A program made the translations under genes and the position numbers. A stretch of DNA of 64,000 bases, from the NCBI GenBank assembly GCA_002189035.1, contig NEEC01000015.1, forward strand, positions 992,001-1,056,000, written 5' to 3'. The notes under the pieces were generated by a model. The model ran no database searches. It was not told where the DNA came from and saw only the letters and a program-made list of their open reading frames with translations. Origin of the DNA: Utricularia gibba (Eukaryota > Plantae > Magnoliophyta). Each line of letters begins with the position of its first letter. Position 1 is the first letter of the stretch. This document shows positions 13,372-25,000 of this stretch, piece by piece.

Positions 13372-15785
13372 ATGATAGGCGCTATCCTCCTCTCCCTCAC
13401 CTGCATGTTCTCCGCCGCATCGGCGGGAGTTGCGGCGAGCGCCTCCGCGTACGACCTCCTCCCGCTGTTCGAACTGGACAGCCTCGTCAGGCGGCCGGTG
13501 TTTAAGCTCAAGAATCACTCCTCTCCGGTCACTCCCGAGGACTCTCATGAAATACTGCGGAGTGCGAGGACGGCGGAGATCGAAAGCTGGATAGTATCGA
13601 CGAGGAGGAGGATTCATGAGAATCCTGAGCTAGCGTTCGAAGAGCACGAGACGAGCCGGATGATACGGGAGGAACTGGACCGGCTGCGCATCGGGTATCG
13701 CTTCCCATTGGCCCGGACGGGGATCCGGGCCATGATCGGCACCGGGAAAGCGCCGTTCGTTGCTCTTAGGGCTGATATGGATGCCCTGCCCATTCAGGTA
13801 TTTCATCAAGGAAAAAACTTTAAAAAATCCATAAATCTGAGTCCACAAAATATACAATGAAAATGGATCCATTGATGAAAATGGATGCCGTTTAACTCTC
13901 ATGTAGAATAAATTTGAAGAATGATTCCACAATGCGGATTTCATCTCGTATCCCAATCCATACGAATAAAGCGCAGAAGGGTTGGAATCTTATCTTATTA
14001 CATGTTGGCAACTCGATACTTTTAATGGGAGCTGAAACCTTCTTTTCCTTGTAAAAGATAAGCCACTAGGCCGCCAGCCTCCGAAACCAACTTTAGAAAC
14101 CGTCGATATCTGCGTTGGTGTATCCTTAGATTACTTGCTGCTGGGTTGATGATTTAGCACTCGTGCTTGTTTTTGTAGGAAGGGGTGGAATGGGAGCACA
14201 AGAGCAAGGTTGCTGGGAAGATGCATGCGTGTGGCCACGATGCTCATGTGGCGATGCTCCTCGGAGCAGCCAGGATACTGAAAGCTCGCGAGGGAAACTT
14301 GCAGGTTCCTTCTCAGACACTGAGCTTTTTTTTTCTTAACTGCATTTATTACATATGCATGAACAGCATAGTTACGCAGACAAGATGAAAGTAGGCTAGA
14401 AAGCACTCTTGATGTTGGATTAATACATACTCTTTTGCTTAGATGGGTTAATGATTCTGGTTCCGGCTGTGACCTCAAAAGCCAGAAAACTTGAGCTTGT
14501 TTGTAAAAGAAAGCAAGGAAACCCTTTTTAATGGAAGTTTTTTTGTGGGTGATTTTTAACTTGAAAGTACTTCACAGAAATGGCCAAGTCTTTCCCAACT
14601 TTTTTTAATACAAAAAACTGACGCCACTAGCGGCGGTAATATGATATTCCGACCACCGATTCGATACCTTATCTCCACCTACTGTCGACGCTGATTTACG
14701 GCATAAACGACACTGGGGGTTTCGAAGTTGGTGATGGATCGGAACCGTTGTGGAAGTTGTCGGCAAGCTCACTTCAATCTTGTCATCACATGTGAATCGG
14801 CGTATGGGAGCCTTTCGTGTGCTTGACCTTTCTTCTTTCATTCACCAGTGGTGTCCTTTTCATGCAGGGTACGGTGGTGCTGCTTTTTCAGCCGGCGGAG
14901 GAGGCCGGCAACGGAGCCAAGAGAATGATCGAAGACGGCGCGCTTGAAGACGTGGAAGCCATTTTCGGGATCCATGTCTCCCATCTGCTTCCTACCGGGT
15001 CAATCGGGTCGAGGCCCGGAGCGTTGCTAGCCGGGTGCAGCTTCTTCAAGGCGGTTGTTCACGCCGGAGGCAACGCCATCTTGGCTGCATCTGCTACAGT
15101 GATCAGTTTACAGGGCATCGTGTCACGTGAGTCCGATCCATTGGACCCTCAGGTATGCGCCATGCCCGAGACTGTAATACCTTTGCATCATATGTGGCTG
15201 ATCAGTACCTTCTGTAGGTGGTATCAGTTACATTTCTCAAGAACAGCGGTGGCGGTCGGGATGAGGTGGAGTTCGGCGGCACGGTGAGAGCACTCTCCAC
15301 GGAGAATTTACGCCGACTGTTCAGGCGAATCAAGGAGGTTGGTGACACTTCTGAACCCACTGTTGGATCAGCAAGAGTTTCTGATGATCGCCATGGTTCA
15401 TTTCCTTCACCAGGTCATTGTGGCTCAGTCCAGTGTGTACGGATGCTCCACTACCGTCGACTTCTTCGAAAACTCCGATGCAATTTACCCACCGTTGGTG
15501 AATGATGAGAGGATGTACCAACACATGAGGAGGGTTGCCATTGATTTGGTGGGGAAGCCTGGCTTCAAGGAGGTGGAGCCGCTGATGGGGGCTGAGGACT
15601 TTGCGTTCTACTCGGAGCTTGTCCCTGCGGCCTTCTTCTATATTGGGGTAAGGAATGAGACATTAGGGTCAGTGCACACGGTTCACTCCCCACAGTTCAT
15701 GGTGGATGAAAATGCCCTCCCCATTGGTGCTGCTGCTCATGCAGCCATTGCTGAGAGATACCTGAACGAGCTGAGCTACCTCTGA
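13372..15785 (+). CDS. ILL6: IAA-amino acid hydrolase ILR1-like 6 (M20 amidohydrolase)
   Basis: Exons 13372-13797, 14179-14304, 14868-15152, 15218-15337, 15414-15785. Motifs [51 protein letters not shown]. The N-terminal extension and short [16 protein letters not shown] segment resemble the ILL6 clade. Confidence 0.88.
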
Positions 15786-16046
15786 AAACAGTCATGATGT
15801 AGATTAAACGGTATTTGAAAGAACTAACTTTTGCTGATCAGAAAAAAAGGAACTCAAGCCGGCAGCTCTAGGATCCCATGATCAAAGCAGGGTACATTGA
15901 TGCATTTTCTCTACTACTACAAAGAAAACGTTAATACTTTGCAACTAGGTTTGAAATTGAATGAAGAAGCTGTAGTAACTGTATTTTGTTACATTCATCC
16001 TTGGTGATTCGAGGGGAGAGATTATATATTCTTATAGCATCGAAGT

Positions 16047-18800
16047 TTAGTTCATAACCAAAGATGTAACATAAGCTAGAACTGCAACCACAATAATAAT
16101 ATTGAGGAAGTAGTTTGAGCTGAGTGGCTTATCTGGACTTCCTCCAACAGCCTCGTACTCGGCTCTTATCTTCTGCTTCATTGAGTCCGAAAGTTCCTTC
16201 TGCAATTCAAATTAGCAATACTAATTCGAAATCACCCTTCCTTAACAACAAAGTTCACACGCTTGTTCATTCTTGAGATAAAATTTAAGACACAGCACAT
16301 GAAAAGAACACGAATGTGTATTTAGGCCTGCAGCAACCATAAGAGTGAATATGTTAAGCAACCGATGTTTCTTTCCCTAGAAAAAGGCTACTGAAGAACC
16401 AAAGAGGTATAAACCTTTCCAGATGAGTACTTGGCTGCCACAAATTTTTCAGGCTGACCTTGTGGCTGAACTTCATCTAATGAAAAACCCTGTAGTATGA
16501 TTTGAGAGAATAATTATTTGTCATCTCCATTCAGAATCTTAATGAAATAACTGCAGAAGTAACATGCAACTCAGCAAATTTCTTGCAAATATTTTAATGT
16601 CATTTTATGATGGTGAAACATTATTTCTGAAGGGAAGATGAAGTTGAGATATCGCTGAATAATACAAAATACAATGGCAGCGATAAGTACCTCAGGGGGG
16701 ACAAAATTCGCACCAAGGTTGCTAAGCTTTGCATGAGCTTCTGCATAATCCTTGAAAAAAGCATCTTGACTCTCTGCATATTTCTCTGCGTACTCCTGCA
16801 AGGTTTGATAGGCTGAGAATCCACATAATAGGAAATTTAGCAAGAAGAGATGCCCTCCTTAAACCTTGAATGAAGGATCCTCAAATAAAGCAGCATCCGT
16901 AGGCAGAACTAGTAGATCCTCATCTATTCGTTCTTTGATATCCTATACGCCAATGAATTTAAAGAGAAAAATTGAAGCACCTTCGGTTTATTTTATTTTT
17001 TATCAGTCAAGCAGAATTAGATCATAGAAAAGAAAATCATAATTAGATTTTATTAAAATACAGCAAGCGAATGGAGAAAAAGAAACCGAGAGCATGCTTT
17101 GTGGATCACCTTAAAGTAAGAATTATCAAATTTAAGCCACTGCACAGTCCATGATTGCCCTCCCGGGGCTCCCGGTCCATCTTTCTGCAACACATAGTAG
17201 TTTATCATTGATTAAAGATATTCCGTTTTTGAAACTAGACGTTGCAAAAAATCCACGAGAACAAGAAATCAGCCATAAAAACAATTGCTTGTAAAGTTAC
17301 CGTGTATTTTGTCTCTGCTTTACCCCAACCACTGCGCTCTGGCCTTGATCTCCCAAGCGTATGTGCACCAGACAGAGCAACTATTTCCTGGATTCAACAA
17401 GTTTAAGATTCGCACCAGAGAGAATGAAGTATCACCGAAATAGATTGGTCAACTAATCACCTTGTCGTTTAACCCCATCCTGTAAAAGACATCTCGCAGG
17501 TGACCAGCAGGAGATGGGGGGCCAGCATCTGAGAAAATAAACATTAAATCATAAATTCTCTGAGGTGGGTATGGGTGCTTTCTAAGTACACATCTTTTAC
17601 ATTACCAGGGAGTCTCCCTTCTTCCGGGCATTGTTCAGCTGCTGAAACATCAGCTCTTCCATACTTCATAGGAATCTTGGGACCTCCTGCCTCCTGAAAC
17701 GGAAGCAATTTTAAACATGACATTGTTGCAAAAATAACTTCACTCACTAATCATCACATAATGACGACCTCTATAGCTGTAGCACTTGCCAACTGGAACA
17801 AATCGGCATATGTAACATTGGTATATTTGTCCTTAATAGGTTGGAGGAGTTTTAGAGCATTGACAAGCCCTGTACGATTAAATCAGAAAAAACAACATGG
17901 TGATAATTAACAATCGTCACATTATCAAAGATGCTCACCAGCATTTGCTGCATGTTTCAGCTCAATTTCGAATCTTAAACTTCCATTGGCACCACCTCTC
18001 TGTGGCCACTCCGCGATATTCTTGTTGTACGTACCAGCATCATGCCAGCCTAAACGAACCTAATTAAACAAAAAAAAAAAAACTATGAAGGTAGTACTTT
18101 TGTATCTGTAAAAGCAAAGCAGCTGCATGTTCTACTCCAAGCAAACAAGAAGAAGACCCTATACAGCATCAGTTTCATTGGAATGAGTTGATTCAATTCA
18201 TATTCTCTATCTCACTTTTTTTTTCCTGAAATTGGAACATTCCTTTCTAAATTCACCATTTCTTTCTTTCCCCAAGTATCATGGAGGGCAAGAAAACGGG
18301 ACACATAAAGCATTCATCTTCTTAAGTAGTAATCAACCACCAGCAGAATAGTCCGTGAATAAATTAAGAATTTTTCTGTGGAAGAAAAATTAAACGATCT
18401 GAGTTACCAGAATTGGGTGACAGAACGTTGTTTTCAAAAGCTCCTTAATATCCTCGCGCGCGCTCCTCAATTGCTCTATATCCGACGCGGCAGCGCATTT
18501 TGGCGACGACGCTGCCGAAAATCCTGCTTTCCCTCTAGCAGCCTGTCCCCATTTACGTATATATATAAAATACATACCAAGAGAGATGCATCAAAGTGAA
18601 GAAATCGAATATCTGCCAGAAACCTGCAGAGGGAGGAGGCGGGGAAAGGAGGGCCGCACGACGGTAAAGGAAAGGGACCTGCGAGACGAGGAGCAGAATC
18701 CGCGGGAAGAGCAGTTAGGGATTGTGATCGAAGGTATCAATCGAGTGGCTGCTGATGTGGCGGCGGCAGCGGCGGCGGCGGTCATGGCAGTAGAACTCAT
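16047..18800 (-). CDS. APX: Chloroplast L-ascorbate peroxidase with alternative stromal and thylakoid C-termini
   Basis: Exons 18800-18624, 18542-18408, 18059-17939, 17869-17769, 17693-17606, 17528-17461, 17387-17301, 17184-17110, 16942-16865, 16795-16691, 16489-16415, then 16327-16322 (A*) or 16199-16047 ([16 protein letters not shown]..transmembrane tail). Motifs [29 protein letters not shown]; transit-peptide-like N-terminus. Confidence 0.95.
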
Positions 18801-19118
18801 GGTTAAGCGGATCAGTTTAGGAGGAGAGGTTGACCCCTCACAGCCACTAAGATCCCAAATTATGGAAAGCAGCAAATTGCCAAAATTTCGTAAATGGATA
18901 AGACTTCTTGTTTAAAAACATTTTAATACAAGTGCATTTCTCCGAAGGATCGGCCATCGGTTTCCGGCAGACGATTTTAAGAACAAAAGGAATGGGCTTT
19001 GCAATTGGGCCGGCTCCGATAGTGCCTGCTGCAACCGCAGGAATCCAAAACTTGACTAAAATGAGTTTCATCTAGGGTTTACTATGCGCCTCGTCAGTCG
19101 TCGCTGAAATTGGAAAGA
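18801..19118. promoter_or_regulatory. Head-to-head (probably bidirectional) promoter between APX and PPR with site II motifs
   Basis: 318 bp between divergent ATGs; TGGGCT 18993-18998 and TGGGCC 19006-19011. Confidence 0.6.
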
Positions 19119-20909
19119 ATGCGGAGGCTTCTGATCACGAGAGTATGGGTTCGCTCATGTGCGGATGTGGCGAAGCTGCAACCTCCGACCGTTCATGCTA
19201 TTCCACCTGTGCGGGAATCAGGAATGCATGTTGTTCACTCAGCAACATGCTTCTCTGAAATTTCGCATTTTCGGTGGATGGCTAGGTTCTTTTCCTCAAA
19301 TTCAGCTGAAACCTACGAAGATCCCCAGTTTGAGACATTCACCCCGGAGACTAATCGGGCAACGAGAGGTTTAAGTATTGATGATGTTGGTTCTTCGGTG
19401 GATGATAAAACTTTAGATGATTCTGTGGGAGAGAAGGAGGGGTTTCCGGAAGTGTTCGATGGTCTAGCTGATCCAGATGCTGGTCCGGGTTTCCTGGAAA
19501 TCGAGGATGAAGGAGTTGGGCAACTGAAGCAGAATGATTTGGAGAAGGTGGAAACTTTGCTGTCTTTTCTTCAGAGTCGTGGTGTTGTCGACGGACCTTT
19601 AGATCATCATTTGGAGGAAATGAACTTGGTTTTGAGTGAAGAATCTGTATTAAAGATACTTGGAACCCCACAAGTTCCTGGGGAGAATTTGATCAGTTTC
19701 ATGAGGTGGGTTATGAAGAGTGCAGAAATCAAGTTAACTGCGGCAATGTTAGATGCGCTTGTTAGTGCTATATGTTTGGGGAGCCGCAGGAGAGAATCAT
19801 ATGCTTTATGGGATTTTCTGAAGGAAATTGGGTTGAAGAACAGGGATTTATTGAGTTCAGGGATTCTAAACGAAATGGTGGCACTTTTTTCAAGGGTTGG
19901 TGAAGCGAAGGCGGCTTATGATGTCTTCAGTAGCTTTGGGGAATTTGGATGCCCACTGACTGGTGATACATATTTTTTAACCATTGAAGCTCTGTGCAGG
20001 AGGTCCTTGTACGATCTTGCTTGCTCGGTCACTGAACAAATGCTTAGTGCAGAGACGCTGCCCAGCATCGACAAAGTTGAGAAGATAATACATTCCTTAT
20101 GCAAAGGAGACATGACACGAGACGCCCACCTGGTTTATCTTTACATGAAGGATAAGAAAATGAATCCTTCAGGATCTTTAATCTCCAGGTTGATCTTCTC
20201 TTTTTCACGTGTCAAGAGATCAGATAAAGGACCGATCAAGGAAATCGATAAGGAACATGATAAGTCCTCTGTGTCATCAGCTTTAGAGTTGTTGAATGAT
20301 TATCCAACAGAAGATCGGAGGAATGCTACAAGGCCCTTCACCAAGGTGATTAAGAAGTTATGTTGGATTGAAGACGTGGGTAGAGCAAAAAGCTTGATTC
20401 TTGAGATGATCAAGTCAGGACCTCCCCCTGGAAACGATGCATTCAACTGTGTGATCAATGGCCTCGCTAAAACAGGGGATATGGAGGAAGCACTGAACAT
20501 GATGAATCTGATGAAGCAAAGAGGCTTAAAACCAGACGTATTCACTTACAGTATGGTCATGAGTGGTTTCACCAAGGCCGGTGAAATGGAGAGAGCATGC
20601 GAGATATTTGATGAAGCCAAAAGGAATCATTCGAAACTGAGCCCCATCACGTTCCACATTCTGATTCGTGGGTTTTGCAAGACTGAACAGTTTGACAGGG
20701 CCGTGAAGCTGTTGCGAGAGATGAAGCAGCACGGTGTACGCCCCAGCCATGACGAATACAATAAACTTATCAAGTCCCTGTGCTTAAAAGCCTTAGATTG
20801 GGAAACTGCTGAGAAGTTGCAAGAGGAGATGAAGACAAACGGCGCGATTCTGAATGGCCGGACCGGCGCCCTCATTGCCGCAGTAAAGGAATTGAAGAGT
20901 CAATGCTGA
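19119..20909 (+). CDS. Pentatricopeptide repeat (P-class) protein, probably mitochondrial
   Basis: Single intronless ORF of ~596 aa with PPR repeats (AFNCVINGLAKTGDMEEALNMMNLMKQRGLKPDVFTYSMVMSGFTKAGEMERACEIF); Arg-rich N-terminus with ARFFSSNS. Confidence 0.93.
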   Translation: MRRLLITRVWVRSCADVAKLQPPTVHAIPPVRESGMHVVHSATCFSEISHFRWMARFFSSNSAETYEDPQFETFTPETNRATRGLSIDDVGSSVDDKTLDDSVGEKEGFPEVFDGLADPDAGPGFLEIEDEGVGQLKQNDLEKVETLLSFLQSRGVVDGPLDHHLEEMNLVLSEESVLKILGTPQVPGENLISFMRWVMKSAEIKLTAAMLDALVSAICLGSRRRESYALWDFLKEIGLKNRDLLSSGILNEMVALFSRVGEAKAAYDVFSSFGEFGCPLTGDTYFLTIEALCRRSLYDLACSVTEQMLSAETLPSIDKVEKIIHSLCKGDMTRDAHLVYLYMKDKKMNPSGSLISRLIFSFSRVKRSDKGPIKEIDKEHDKSSVSSALELLNDYPTEDRRNATRPFTKVIKKLCWIEDVGRAKSLILEMIKSGPPPGNDAFNCVINGLAKTGDMEEALNMMNLMKQRGLKPDVFTYSMVMSGFTKAGEMERACEIFDEAKRNHSKLSPITFHILIRGFCKTEQFDRAVKLLREMKQHGVRPSHDEYNKLIKSLCLKALDWETAEKLQEEMKTNGAILNGRTGALIAAVKELKSQC

Positions 20910-22067
20910 TTTTGAGCCTGGAACTGTATACGCTGCTGGTGTCTGAACGTCAGGATCCCTTTGAAGCTTAGGAGCACCTGTGAGGAAAGAAAATAAGTCA
21001 ATTATTTGTTTATTAGAATGGGCCCAAACGGTGGGCCATTTAAATGGGTCTGAGGCCCAATTCCAGTCTAACGTATATAAAGCGTCACACAGTGACGCCA
21101 TGAATCCTTTTATTAACAAGATTATTAACAAAAAGTACAGAAAGGTCATTGACCCCTCCAAAGTAGTGTACCTTTCCCTTCGAAACTTGTACCCTACAAT
21201 GGGAATCAGCCGAGTCTGAAATTGTCTCTCTCCTTTCCTCTCTGTTTCTCCCTTCACCTCTTTGAAAACGTCTGATATTGAAACCCCATACGGATGTTCA
21301 TGGTGCTGCCCACACGCTTGAACATCTACGAGTTTTCTGATCAAAATTGATGCAACAAAAGAATTTGTTCGTCTTGCAGCGCGTTAATTGAGTATTCTAT
21401 TCAGGTTAGATCTCATCTTCTGGGTTCCGTGAGGCGTGGGGGAATCTGCATTCGCGTTTCTCGTAAATTACGCGGAGTTTAGGTTTTTGTTAATGTATAT
21501 GAGAACTAGGGTTTTCTTAGGCCGGCCGCGATCTCGTTGTTGTATTAATGTTTCTAGTTTCAACCTACATTAGCGCGAAATTGTACCATTAATCTTTCTT
21601 CTCTTCCGTGTTTCGCCTAGGTTTGTTACCGGGGTTGCAGTATCTATGGATTGATGAATTTCTAGATTCCAAGTTGAATGCGTAATTCTTGTTTCGATGT
21701 TAAGAGTAGTTTATTTTTACTTCAAGGGCAGATTCTTTAATCCTTGGTGGTTAATTATGGGAAATTTGAATGTCTGGATACGTCTGATCATTTGCCTTTT
21801 GAAACTAAGCGTAAAAGGTATGTTCGCATTTGTAGTAGGTGGTTCCCTCGGAGACCCTGTATTGTATATAGTGAACAGCAAGTTGTGATATCCCTGTGTG
21901 ATTTTTCTACGTTTCCTTTCGCTGTTTCCTCATCTTTTTATCCTGCGTTTTTTCTTGAAGAACTTCATTTATTATGTCAGGAGATGATAGATTTATAGGT
22001 TGCTTGACAAGTGCATCAGTGCTTTGTCTTGACATCCTGTAATCTCCGTAGATAGGGCACTACATTT

Positions 22068-25000
22068 ATGGAAATGGTATCTGGGGAGAGTGCATGTGAA
22101 GCTGTTAATGATCCGTCTGTTGTTGATATTGATTTAGAGATGGGAGACTTCATTGTTTCCCCAACTCCTCAAGGTTATCTGGATTTAGATCGTACTTGCA
22201 TGTTAGAAAATCTTAAGCCAAGTGGAGATGCGGCCACAGATTTAAATAAACACACTGGTTTTGAGGTGGAAACCCAATCTAGTCAGTTTTTGGTGCAAAA
22301 TGGTCTGCAAGGGAATAGCCTGATATTCAATCCTTTTCAATCAATAAATATCAGAGAGCCGTTTTCAGGAGGTGAAGCTGTATGCATTGTTGAAACTGAT
22401 CAGTTTTGTGAAGTTCCAAGTGAATCATCTGCGAGATGTGTGGGTGGGAAAAAATCAGAGAATAAAAGCGAATCCATAAATGAATCAATGAACAGGAGGA
22501 AACCAGTGAAAACTTCAGGGTTTGATCTCACATCTCTGAAGATACTGAGAAAATCTCGAAGTTCATATGCCAAACCTGCTAGAACTTCAATATGGGGATC
22601 CCAGGTTCAGATTTTACGAGATTATGGTACACGCGTGAGGCTTGAACTAAAAGGACGAAATGGGAAGAAAAGAAATTCTTCAAGAAATCGATCAGGCAAG
22701 AATTCAAATGGCAGAAAAGCCACTTCTGCTAGGTTACAGACAGTTCATGCATCGTCCAGGAATAGCAACCTCCCTATGCGACCCATCTCCTTGAAGATTA
22801 AGTTTGGAAAAAGAGACTGCGTGATTGGTAATCAAGATGTGAATACTGGCTCAGCTGAGAAAGAAATTTCTGAATTATTTGAGAATGGATGCAGAATCAG
22901 GCAAAACATGTCTGGAGATGATGCTTCAGTGTTTGCTATGGATAAGGGGAAGATTATACTGTCTGATGTTTCTGCTAAATGTGAGCATATTGACGCCAAG
23001 AGTGAAGGAGATGCCCATCAAGCCACATGTTTGAAGATTTTGAACTTGGTGGCTTCTACAGAAAACCAGTTCTCAGATGTTGGAACTTCACCTGATTCGG
23101 AAGTTATAAATTCTGTTCCTGATGCTTCTCAGTGTGAAAAGGGGTTATCCAAATGCCAAGACACTTCTAGGATGTTGAGTGCTTCTGCTTCCACTGCTGC
23201 TATCTCGAATTCTATTCCACCAAAGAAGAGTGCCAAGAAGGGAAAGAATAAAGATAAGCGGTTTCATGTGGAAAGTCATATGGGCAAGCCAATAAGTGCA
23301 GGAACCACAGATTATGCTCAAGCATCTGGAAAAAGCTCATGTTTGACCTTGCCTGTAGGTAGTTCTAAGAAAAGCAGGAGTAAAGGTAAGCCTCATTGTG
23401 TAGGTGAGGGTGGTGATGAAAGCAAGAAAAATTGTATGGAGAGCATGGATCGTTTTTTAGATCCTGATTTTAGGGAGGGGGATGCTGATGTAGTTGGATC
23501 TGCAGCATCACAAGCATGTAACATGACTAGCATCAACGGAAAAATGTCTCTGGATCTCAATAGAGCCAAGGGAATGGTTGTGGCTGGAGAAAATAGTGAG
23601 CATCCCTCTAAAATGAAGGAAGGATACAATGGTACGGTTGTTGAACAGCATCATGTAAATGAGAGGATTAGTCCCTTGGGTGTCCACCTAAAAAATAAGA
23701 GTCATCCAATAGAAGGTTGTAGATGCAGGCCACTTCTATAAATTCGTTGATATTTTAAAGTGCTTGTACTAGCAATTTATTTTACGGTAACAACTTTTTT
23801 TTTTTTTTTGTCAAATCACAGCAACGGATGATCAATATCACACATTGAGAAATGCTTGGGTACTTTGTGATGACTGCCAAAAATGGCGCCGAATACCAGC
23901 AGCTCTTGCTGATCAAATTGAAGAAACAGACTGTGGATGGTAAGTAATTACAATTGTTTTATAGGAAATCAAATCCATGAACATTCCAGTTTTTGAAAAT
24001 TCATCTCTTCGTTGTTAGTGAATGTTTCCTATATTTTTTTTATCTCTCACATGATCTGCTTAGGACACTTAAAATTTGCGCATTGCTTCCTTATAAATTA
24101 AAGACTCCTTACTCTTCCATATTTTCAATGAAGAAGGCATTGTTTACTTGATTTTTTTCTTTTTATTTAGAGACTGTAAGCACTGCAGATCCAGAAATCT
24201 GTGATTGATTGGAATGATGATAAATGCTACTGCTAAGAACAACTTCATTAGATTTTTATTAAGATTTATTGTGATGCAATTGTTCTATGGTCCTTAACAG
24301 TTGGTCTCATTGTTTTATGGATAAGGACATGCAAAGATAACATGGACAAAGAATTCGCTGATTGCTCAGTCCCACAAGAGAAGTCAGATTCGGAAATTAA
24401 TGAAGAACTGGAATTATCTGATGGATCTTGTGAGGAAGATGCTGGCAGTGTCTTCCTCAATAATCAGAATGAATCAAAATGTATCCTATTTTCCATGATT
24501 TTATGCACCTTCATCGTTTAAATTTTTGAGACTGACTTATTGTTTACTGACTTTTGATAGTGGCTGATCAACCCTCATGGTGGCCCATTAAGTCTAATTT
24601 GTTTCTGCATAGAAAGCGTAAAACTCAGACTATAGATGAGGTGAATGGGTTGACTTTGCATGCCTTCTATTTTCAATGCATGAACTCATTTAAGATTCAT
24701 ACGTTTGACAATGCAAATTATGTGTGGATGGATTTGCTTTATATGAATGCTATGTCCCGATGTGTTCGGCTATCAGGTAATGGTTTGTCATTGCAAACCT
24801 CCATCCGATGGCAGAATGGGGTGTGGAACTAAATGCCTGAACAGGATGCTCAACATTGAATGTGTTCGAGGAACTTGCCCCTGTGGCAATCTTTGTTCAA
24901 ATCAGCAGGTGTGCATTCTTTCATTCGTTGTACTTGACATCATATCCGTTTTATCTCCAACTAATTTAAGTAGCTAAATGAATGCAGTTTCAAAAGCGTG

